Origin: Thermoplasmata archaeon
GTDB taxonomy: Archaea > Thermoplasmatota > Thermoplasmata > Halarchaeoplasmatales > Halarchaeoplasmataceae
Assembly: GCA_046498385.1 (NCBI GenBank)
Contig: JAWOAU010000007.1
Location: 27,632-91,631, forward strand
Direction: 5' to 3'
DNA: 64,000 nucleotides
The notes under the pieces were generated by a model that saw nothing but the letters and a program-made list of their open reading frames with translations, was not told the DNA's origin and ran no database searches. Positions 56,812 through 64,000 of this stretch are shown piece after piece (position 1 is the stretch's first letter; every line of letters begins with the position of its first letter). Made by a program: the position numbers and the translations under genes.

Positions 56812-57534
56812 ATGCAGCTAGAAGAGAGTGATGAGGATTTTAGAGAGGAGTATTCACGTGTTTCCAAAGGGCTACAACTATTCGGCCTTACCGAATATCA
56901 GGCACGGACCTACACCGGTCTAGTAGTACACGGTGTGGCAGACGCCGAAACCATCGCATCGGAGGTGAACCTGCCCAGAACATCGGTGTATAAGTCCCTG
57001 GATACTCTCCACAAGATGGGGTACGTTATCATAAGTGAAGGCAGGCCCAGGATATACCGTCCCGCGGAACCGTTAGAGATAAAGGCCAGGTTATCTTCAA
57101 AGCTTGACGACGTATTCGGCAGATTGAACGCCCTCTACGAAATACTGTCTGAGAAAGGTGAACCTCAGGTCATCTATACCATCTCTGGAAGAGAAAGAGT
57201 TATTGAGAAGATAAGCGAGTTCCTTAAACGTACCGATAACGAGATAATAATCTCATCCCCAATATTTTCAAACATATTGTCCGAACTGGAAGCGGATTTT
57301 CAATCCCTACATAAGCGCGGCGTCGTTATGACCGTGATCACCGAGCACGGTGAGAAGGTACTCCCATGGGCTCAGGTAGAGCGAAGAGACAGATTGATAG
57401 CTACGGACATCATCAGCGACTGTAAAAGGGCAATCCTTGCATCTCCTAACCTGGAAGTGTGCGGTTATACCAACAATCCCTCCATCGCATCTCATCTGGT
57501 CAACTTCGTGGATATACTGATGCGGCAGAAGTGA
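56812..57534 (+). CDS. TrmB family transcriptional regulator
   Basis: FGLTEYQARTY..L...PRTSVY..L..L..G....GRPRIY. Confidence 0.9.
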   Translation: MQLEESDEDFREEYSRVSKGLQLFGLTEYQARTYTGLVVHGVADAETIASEVNLPRTSVYKSLDTLHKMGYVIISEGRPRIYRPAEPLEIKARLSSKLDDVFGRLNALYEILSEKGEPQVIYTISGRERVIEKISEFLKRTDNEIIISSPIFSNILSELEADFQSLHKRGVVMTVITEHGEKVLPWAQVERRDRLIATDIISDCKRAILASPNLEVCGYTNNPSIASHLVNFVDILMRQK

Positions 57535-57536
57535 GA

Positions 57537-59429
57537 TCATAGAGCTCTGTTCCTGTAAAGCTCTTCATCCACCACGGTGAGCATCTCATCAACGTCTAGA
57601 GAACCATCTAAGAAAACCGATATACTCTCGATAACCGACCTGGGAAGGCTCATAATATCGTTGTAACTTACGTAAATAACTTCCATATCCTGATGGGAGT
57701 TTATATGATTCTTCAATATCTTGACGTAGTCTCGGAATATCTGTTTAAACTCCTCTTTTGACACATCGCTGGAGTCTTTTCCCCGATGTTTTAACATCTT
57801 TTCCTGAGATTCCATAATCTCGTCTATGTCCCTTTCCATGAAGATAATCTTGTAGTTATAACCCCGGGGAAGATGTTTGATCAGTTCTCCGAGTATTTTC
57901 ACCACCTTTCCCCTGGCCTCCTCTATCCATTTATCATCTTCGGGAAGGCTTTTTACTTTTTCATATTCATAGTACCCTTTGGGATTGTCCAGGTCCGGGG
58001 CTTGGACCTTGTCGGTCAATATTTCAAGTCCGCCCTTTTCCAGCATCTTCATCATCATAGACGTACCCGAACGCGGGAGCCCGGATACTATCACCACGGT
58101 ATCTCCCTCTTCTGTTCGACCTCGGACATGTTTCACCATGGGTTCTTTGGTAAGGATTTCGAACATCCTGTCTATCTCCTCTTCTAGAGACACTCTTGCT
58201 GTGAAATCGTGCTCCCGGGACAAGCTCTTTGAGATCACTTCAAAAAGATGTCTTTTAGCTTCTTCGTGGGGATTCTCTATGTGTCGGATGTTCACATCCA
58301 GGCCGTACCTTTTACCCGTATCCGCAATCATCTGAGCCACTTCCTTGACCTTGTAGAATCCGGACAGATGGTTTATGACCTTGTACTGACCGGGTTCAAG
58401 GGGTGACGATATAAACCGCACCATACACTCTACGGCGTCTTCTAGGGGTATTATGCTCCGTATTTGATTGCCTTTACCATATATCGTAAGGGGGGTTTCC
58501 GATACCGCCTTAATCACAAATCGGTTGACTATGGAACCTAAATCATGGTCCAGTCTAGTTGTTAGATCAGGATGTGACGATGTCTCGGTGGTATGAATGC
58601 CGAATATAACGTCCTGCATTATATCGTAGGAACGCAGCCACCATGACTTACAGGCCTCTTGAACATCGTAGGTCTCCTCACGGCTTCTGTCCGCTGAGTT
58701 ATCAGGTGATCTAAGGTGATCCCCGTCTTGAGACAAAGAGAGGTTTTCGTACTCATCTACCGTGCACAACTTGATCAATGTACTCGTAGGCACCACTTCC
58801 TTCATCATCTTCAGAAGACCAGTGGTATCTGTCACTCGGCTCAACTGGACACCCACTGAACTGTTAGGACCGGCCGAAGGATCGGGGGTCACCTTTCGAT
58901 AATGAACCACGACTTCCGGTTCGACCTCTGTCATGAAATCCTTCAGCGTTTCTCTATCCCCGGGCTCGATGTATTGGAATTTGATATCCAAACCCAACAG
59001 GTCTTTTGCAGACTCGATCCTACGGGGTAGTGTCGGGATAAGGGTTTCATCTTTATCCCGGGGTTCATCAACACCGAATACGTCACAACCCAAACCGGCG
59101 AGTCTGAGGGCCAGGGGCCAACCTATGTAGCCCCCCAGGTCGAAGATCATAACCCTCATATTTTTTAAAAGGTATCCGTATTCAGTCTTTTGCCACTCGG
59201 GGCACTGTTGAAACGTGATAGTTGGTTCGTAACGGCCTAGGGCGGACCTCCGTCGGCACTCGATCACCACTTGTTTATCCCCTCCTTTGGGTACCACCTT
59301 CCTCGATTGTCCGCAGCCCCGGAAATCAACGTTGCCTTTAAACCTGGCTCCGGGACAGTTCCAGCATGTTTTATCGGCGTTGTGAACCTTATCGGAGATG
59401 TTGATCACCTTGGATAATGCTTCTAACAT
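57537..59429 (-). CDS. fusion of a Cys-rich N-terminus, a degenerate UDP-sulfoquinovose synthase (SqdB/Agl3)-like domain and a sulfotransferase-like domain
   Basis: GYIGWPLAL, NRF...PLTIYGKGNQIR and IENPHEEA (SqdB-like); C-terminal VSGLPRSGTSMMM...DNPKGYYE (PAPS-binding sulfotransferase). Confidence 0.7.
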   Translation of the reverse strand: MLEALSKVINISDKVHNADKTCWNCPGARFKGNVDFRGCGQSRKVVPKGGDKQVVIECRRRSALGRYEPTITFQQCPEWQKTEYGYLLKNMRVMIFDLGGYIGWPLALRLAGLGCDVFGVDEPRDKDETLIPTLPRRIESAKDLLGLDIKFQYIEPGDRETLKDFMTEVEPEVVVHYRKVTPDPSAGPNSSVGVQLSRVTDTTGLLKMMKEVVPTSTLIKLCTVDEYENLSLSQDGDHLRSPDNSADRSREETYDVQEACKSWWLRSYDIMQDVIFGIHTTETSSHPDLTTRLDHDLGSIVNRFVIKAVSETPLTIYGKGNQIRSIIPLEDAVECMVRFISSPLEPGQYKVINHLSGFYKVKEVAQMIADTGKRYGLDVNIRHIENPHEEAKRHLFEVISKSLSREHDFTARVSLEEEIDRMFEILTKEPMVKHVRGRTEEGDTVVIVSGLPRSGTSMMMKMLEKGGLEILTDKVQAPDLDNPKGYYEYEKVKSLPEDDKWIEEARGKVVKILGELIKHLPRGYNYKIIFMERDIDEIMESQEKMLKHRGKDSSDVSKEEFKQIFRDYVKILKNHINSHQDMEVIYVSYNDIMSLPRSVIESISVFLDGSLDVDEMLTVVDEELYRNRAL

Positions 59430-60645
59430 CCTCCACCTTAGGATGCTTGGGAAGAGCTAAGTCGTTACAATACAAGAAGGCGTCATGTTCCGTGTGTTTT
59501 CCTTTGAATATATTTTGTTCAAAAAGCGAGTTGTACTTTACACTGCCCTTTAGATTATAGCCCGAGCTAGGAGTCAATATCAGATCAGGAGCGGTGTTCA
59601 GGTGCGGACCGTGGTAGGCGCCCTCCTTTCTGTGAATTTTTTTTATCACCCTTTCCCCCTGGAATCTTAAGTCCTTGAATAGAGACACTAATTCATCTAC
59701 CACCTCTTCACCGGACTCCACCTCCCCCCTAGGATATCTGTCCGTACGGTTCAGGTATATTCTCCCGGGATCCAGTGCGAAAGCCTTTGTTTTCTCTTTG
59801 ATATTGTTGTACCTTTGTTCCGGCCTATCTCCCAGCTGCAGGTAGCCTTCCGCTTCCAGGAGAGAGTTAACGTTAACGTTACGCTTTATGGGCTCCATAC
59901 CATGGTCGGAGATCATCACCAACCGGTCCCCCTCTTTTAATTCCATGACGATATCTCCGATTATCCGATCTATCTCTCTAAAGTAATCAAGGAATACTTG
60001 GTGATATTCGTGGTCGGTATGGTGATAAGCGTCTATCAGAAAATGCCCCAAACGGTCCGAGCCCGTAAAAACCAGCATGAAATAATCCCAATTTTTTTTT
60101 AGATAACGGTTGCATACTATTTCCCGCTTTTTAAGCGTTTCAAACAGGTCCTTTGTGAAAACTTTCAATGACTCTTGTGCTTTGGAGGAGTCAACGTCTA
60201 TTTTGTAACCTATCTCTTCAAAGAATGGAAGGGCGCTTGCGGGAGATACGGACCTTGCGAGGTCCAGGGACACAAAGCCGGAAACGAAGATCCCGTTTAT
60301 GTCCGGAGCTGGATACATGGCCGGTACGTTGATTATCACGTATCTGTTGCTGCTGTCCTCCCAGAAGGGCAGGGCTTTAAGCGAACGTCTGTCGGGAAAA
60401 GAAATGGTGTACGTTCCCTCGATCAACTCTGTGAACCCGAATACCCCATGCTCTCCCGGATTCTTACCGGTGACTATACTGGACCAGTTAACGTTGGATA
60501 CTTCGGGGACGGCGGACCGCATCTTTGAAAAATTTCCCTCATCTTTTAAAGAAGCGAAATTGGGCATGTCACCTTTTCTAGAAAGTTCTTGTATGATCCC
60601 ATAGGATACACCGTCTATCCCGATGACAACAGTTCTTGCAGCCAT
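59389..60645 (-). CDS. alkaline phosphatase superfamily (type I phosphodiesterase/nucleotide pyrophosphatase-like) protein
   Basis: VIGIDG, WSSIVTGKNPGEHGVFGF, DRLGH, SDHG and GKH. Confidence 0.88.
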   Translation of the reverse strand: MAARTVVIGIDGVSYGIIQELSRKGDMPNFASLKDEGNFSKMRSAVPEVSNVNWSSIVTGKNPGEHGVFGFTELIEGTYTISFPDRRSLKALPFWEDSSNRYVIINVPAMYPAPDINGIFVSGFVSLDLARSVSPASALPFFEEIGYKIDVDSSKAQESLKVFTKDLFETLKKREIVCNRYLKKNWDYFMLVFTGSDRLGHFLIDAYHHTDHEYHQVFLDYFREIDRIIGDIVMELKEGDRLVMISDHGMEPIKRNVNVNSLLEAEGYLQLGDRPEQRYNNIKEKTKAFALDPGRIYLNRTDRYPRGEVESGEEVVDELVSLFKDLRFQGERVIKKIHRKEGAYHGPHLNTAPDLILTPSSGYNLKGSVKYNSLFEQNIFKGKHTEHDAFLYCNDLALPKHPKVEDVRSIIQGDQHLR

Positions 60646-60714
60646 GATGATTTCCAGATATGGAGTAAGGGTTATAAGTTATTTCTGCCGACCTTAGAAT
60701 GGAGTCGCGGGGAT

Positions 60715-62394
60715 ATGCAAATATTTAAATCGTGGATGAATGTAACCAAAAATCGGTGTGTTTCCATCGAAACCCAAGAAAACCAGCAGGATAATAATGA
60801 TTCTTCCAGCCCGGAGGATACCGAAGAGGTTTCCTCCTTTGATCAGGAACTGGTCACGAAATCCTTGGGTAAAGTCGGGAAGGGCGCAGGGATTTTGTTC
60901 GCCGGTACGATACTGGGTATATTTTTCAACTTTTTAGCTAGGATAGTCATAGCCCGCTTTTATACCCCCGACCATTATGGACAGTTCAACCTTTTTTTGA
61001 CCTTTTTGACTATCTTTGCATATATCGGGATGCTGGGACTGACCAACGGGATAAGCCGTTTTATCGGGTACTACACCGGCACCGGCGAGGCAAAAAAGAT
61101 AAAAGAGGTAGAGGGATGGGGACTTTTATTGGGGGCCATGAGCGGTATATTTTTTGGCGCCTTTTTATTCCTGACCGCGCCTTTGCTCGCCCCTCTATTT
61201 TCCGATGATGCACTATTCGTCGATTATCTCAGGATCGCCGCTGTCACCATACCCTTTTACGTTATCCTCAGGTCCATCCTGTCCATCTTCAGGGGCCACC
61301 AGCGTACCAAAGAGAACATACTATTCTACAGCTTCGGTCGGAACACCGCATTCCTATCGTTGACTGTCCTGGTCGGTATCTTTTCACTACCCTTGATCGG
61401 GGTGATGTGGTCCATGTTCACCGCAGTGGTGTTGATGGCGGTGATATCCTACCTGTATTACCTTAAAAACCAAAAATCGCTGTTGAGTAGTTCCGGCTCT
61501 TTTTCATTCACACCGTCCATAGGTAAAAAGATACTCCTCTTCTCTCTTCCCTTAGTTTTGGTCGATTTGATGCACCAGGTCATGGGTTGGGCGGATACTC
61601 TGATGATTGGAATTTATCTAACGGAAGACGCAGTGGGTTTCTACAATGTGGCCAAACCGCTGTCCGTTTTCATATCCGCGGGGTTGAGCATCACCATCTT
61701 TATCTATACACCCCTTGTATCCGGACTTTACGCCAGGAAAAAGTTCCAGGAAAACCATGTCATATTTTCCGTATTGACAAAATGGGTCTGCTTTTTGACC
61801 CTTCCCTTTGCCATGATACTGTTTTTATACTCAAAGGAGATTATATTTATATTTGGTTCTGAATATCTTCCTGCGATAATCCCTCTCCAGATATTAGTTA
61901 TATTTTATTTTATAAATAACCTCATGGGACCCAATGGTGCCACCCTTACGGCCTATGGTAAAACAAAATTTCTCATGTACGCTACCTGCCTCGCCGCAGG
62001 TATGAACATCGGATTGAACATTTTATTGATACCGATTTACGGCATCATCGGTGCGGCGGTGGCCACTGGTATATCCGTATTATCCGCAAATATTGCAAGG
62101 AGCTACAAATTGTATTCCTTGAGCGGAGTTCACTCTTTCGGACCAAATAATATCAAGCCCGTGGTATCAACGGTGATAACCGGAACGCTGTTTGTTATGT
62201 TCCTGAAGATCACCCCTATCCCTGGTGTGATCCAGGTCCCACTCGCCTTTCTCTCTCTTACCTTTCTTTACCTGCTGACGGCCTCCGTCACTCGGAGTAT
62301 ATCCAAGCAGGATATGGAACTGTTGATGCTTATCGAGGATAAGACAGGGGTAAAACTAACCTTCCTGAGGAGGTTGTTGAACCGGTTTGCCTGA
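60715..62394 (+). CDS. polysaccharide flippase (Wzx/MOP superfamily); start codon uncertain
   Basis: About 14 TM helices; ADTLMIG.YL....VGFYNVA and LNILLIPIYGIIGAAVAT. Confidence 0.88.
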   Translation: MQIFKSWMNVTKNRCVSIETQENQQDNNDSSSPEDTEEVSSFDQELVTKSLGKVGKGAGILFAGTILGIFFNFLARIVIARFYTPDHYGQFNLFLTFLTIFAYIGMLGLTNGISRFIGYYTGTGEAKKIKEVEGWGLLLGAMSGIFFGAFLFLTAPLLAPLFSDDALFVDYLRIAAVTIPFYVILRSILSIFRGHQRTKENILFYSFGRNTAFLSLTVLVGIFSLPLIGVMWSMFTAVVLMAVISYLYYLKNQKSLLSSSGSFSFTPSIGKKILLFSLPLVLVDLMHQVMGWADTLMIGIYLTEDAVGFYNVAKPLSVFISAGLSITIFIYTPLVSGLYARKKFQENHVIFSVLTKWVCFLTLPFAMILFLYSKEIIFIFGSEYLPAIIPLQILVIFYFINNLMGPNGATLTAYGKTKFLMYATCLAAGMNIGLNILLIPIYGIIGAAVATGISVLSANIARSYKLYSLSGVHSFGPNNIKPVVSTVITGTLFVMFLKITPIPGVIQVPLAFLSLTFLYLLTASVTRSISKQDMELLMLIEDKTGVKLTFLRRLLNRFA

Positions 62395-62458
62395 CCGTCG
62401 AGATACGGTAGAAACAGGAAAATCTATTTATCCTCAGGTCGAATATGGGTGGTTGTGA

Positions 62459-63499
62459 TTGATCATGCTCGACCACCTTGATAAGCTCGAAGAACTAGAC
62501 AGCCAGGGTCTTTTTGACGTATTAGAAGAATTTCCCGACCAAATAGAGGAAGTAGTTGAAGAGCTGGAGCTGAACCTTTTGCCCTTCAAACCCGATGAGA
62601 TAGTGGTAGCCGGGATGGGAGGTTCAGGGATCATAGGAGACCTGTTGAAATGCTTTTTAGCCAACCGCATCAGCATTCCCATCTACGTGGTGAAGGATTA
62701 TGACCTCCCACACTTCGTATCGAAGAAAACCCTGCTTTTCGTTATGTCTTACTCGGGTAATACAGAGGAAACCCTCAGCGTGGCCGAGAAGGGTATAAAA
62801 AAGGGTGCAAAGGTGGTAGCCATAAGCTCTAACGGTAAATTGGCCGAGATATGCAGCGCCAAGGGAGTGGTATTCATCAAGGCGCCTTCGGGTTATCAGC
62901 CCCGGGCGGCTATTGCATTCATGTTCGTCCCTGTTCTGGAGTTTCTGTCGGAGATACTGGTCTACGACCCGGACGTTGCCATAATAGACACACTGACGGA
63001 GCTTAGAAGTCTTAAGGATAAGATAAAAAAATCCGTACCCACGGCTGAAAACGAAGCTAAACGCATCGCCCAGCGTATACACGGCAAGGTCCCGGTGATA
63101 TACGGACATTCAATATACAACGCGGTAGCCAACCGATGGCACACCCAGCTCAACGAGAATGCTGAGATCCTATCGTGGTTCGGTGCCATCCCCGAGATGA
63201 ACCACAACGAGATCGTGGGATGGACAGGGGACAGCAGGTCCTCCGACTGCGTTCCCATATTACTGAGAGAGCATTCGGAGCATGAACGCATCTCCAAGCG
63301 AATAGAGATCACAAAAGAGCTCGCTTTTTCCCGATGTGACGATATAATAGAGGTCTTTGCGGAAGGAGAGACACAGCTCGCTCGTATAATGTATCTTGTT
63401 TATCTTGGGGATTATGTAAGTCTTTATTTAGCCGCATTGAACGGAAAGGACCCCGCTCCGGTAAAGGTTATCGATAAGCTGAAAAGTAAGCTCGGTTAA
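62459..63499 (+). CDS. bifunctional phosphoglucose/phosphomannose isomerase
   Basis: GMGGSG, SYSGNTEET, QPRAA, QLNENA and PEMNHNE. Confidence 0.93.
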   Translation: MIMLDHLDKLEELDSQGLFDVLEEFPDQIEEVVEELELNLLPFKPDEIVVAGMGGSGIIGDLLKCFLANRISIPIYVVKDYDLPHFVSKKTLLFVMSYSGNTEETLSVAEKGIKKGAKVVAISSNGKLAEICSAKGVVFIKAPSGYQPRAAIAFMFVPVLEFLSEILVYDPDVAIIDTLTELRSLKDKIKKSVPTAENEAKRIAQRIHGKVPVIYGHSIYNAVANRWHTQLNENAEILSWFGAIPEMNHNEIVGWTGDSRSSDCVPILLREHSEHERISKRIEITKELAFSRCDDIIEVFAEGETQLARIMYLVYLGDYVSLYLAALNGKDPAPVKVIDKLKSKLG

Positions 63500-63969
63500 T
63501 ACTTGCCGTCACCCAGGTGGTGCAGGGTCTTAACCACTTTCCCCTTCGACGAATCCACCATGGTCTTTCCGTCGCTCAAGGCTCTACCTACCGCCAGGGG
63601 TTTGCCGTGGTTCTCATCCCTGACCCAGATCAAGTCCCCCTCTTTTATCTCAAGGTCCGCATCGACTACCCCTGGAGCCATTATATCCGCGCCGTTGTAA
63701 ACGAATCTTACCGCACCCATATCCACGGTTACGAAGGCCCTCTGAGGCTGGATCTTCAGTAGGCCGTTGATCGTGGGAAACACCTCGTTATCAAAGAACG
63801 TGGCTATTGGTTTTCCCCCTATGAGCAGTACCTTACCGTGGTCCGAATCCCCGATATCCACATCGTCTTTTTCGTTGAAAAAACTGGTACCCAATTTTCT
63901 CATCAATTCCTCATGAAATTTCTCTACCTTTTTTTCCTTGAGTCGATGCTGGTTCTTGTAGCTCATCAC
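63496..63969 (-). CDS. PUA-domain RNA-binding protein (Tma20/MCT-1-like, DUF1947)
   Basis: VTVDMGAVRFVYNGADIMAPG...KPLAVG...GKVVKTLHHLGD. Confidence 0.88.
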   Translation of the reverse strand: MMSYKNQHRLKEKKVEKFHEELMRKLGTSFFNEKDDVDIGDSDHGKVLLIGGKPIATFFDNEVFPTINGLLKIQPQRAFVTVDMGAVRFVYNGADIMAPGVVDADLEIKEGDLIWVRDENHGKPLAVGRALSDGKTMVDSSKGKVVKTLHHLGDGKY

Positions 63970-64000
63970 GTATGTACCCCAGTTGAGATATTTATCATTT

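Overview
This 64-kb window is archaeal chromosomal DNA. Archaeal-type ThrRS, archaeosortase A, Bud32, a PAC2 proteasome chaperone, tetraether synthase Tes with geranylgeranyl reductase, PGI/PMI and a ~1800-aa Lhr point to a Thermoplasmata-like lineage (inference). Most of it is housekeeping genes. It also holds two tRNAs (Thr-GGT, Leu-TAA), a MarR gene followed by three MATE genes, a methyltransferase/putative restriction endonuclease pair, and one IS481-family element with both ends and a 15-bp target duplication. The most interesting locus is 43846-52514: a Rab-like small GTPase gene followed by two large single-pass surface proteins. Their ectodomains differ (Ig/cadherin-like repeats versus a PQQ-type beta-propeller), but they share a conserved cytoplasmic longin/roadblock-like domain, suggesting a receptor-to-small-GTPase signalling module. 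Other highlights are an unannotated multi-hairpin H/ACA-like guide RNA, 71-bp tRNA-derived repeats and a hairpin-dense non-coding tract beside tRNA-Leu, a bacterial-type RNase PH, and a degenerate SqdB-sulfotransferase fusion. All calls come from reading motifs by eye; no database searches were run.
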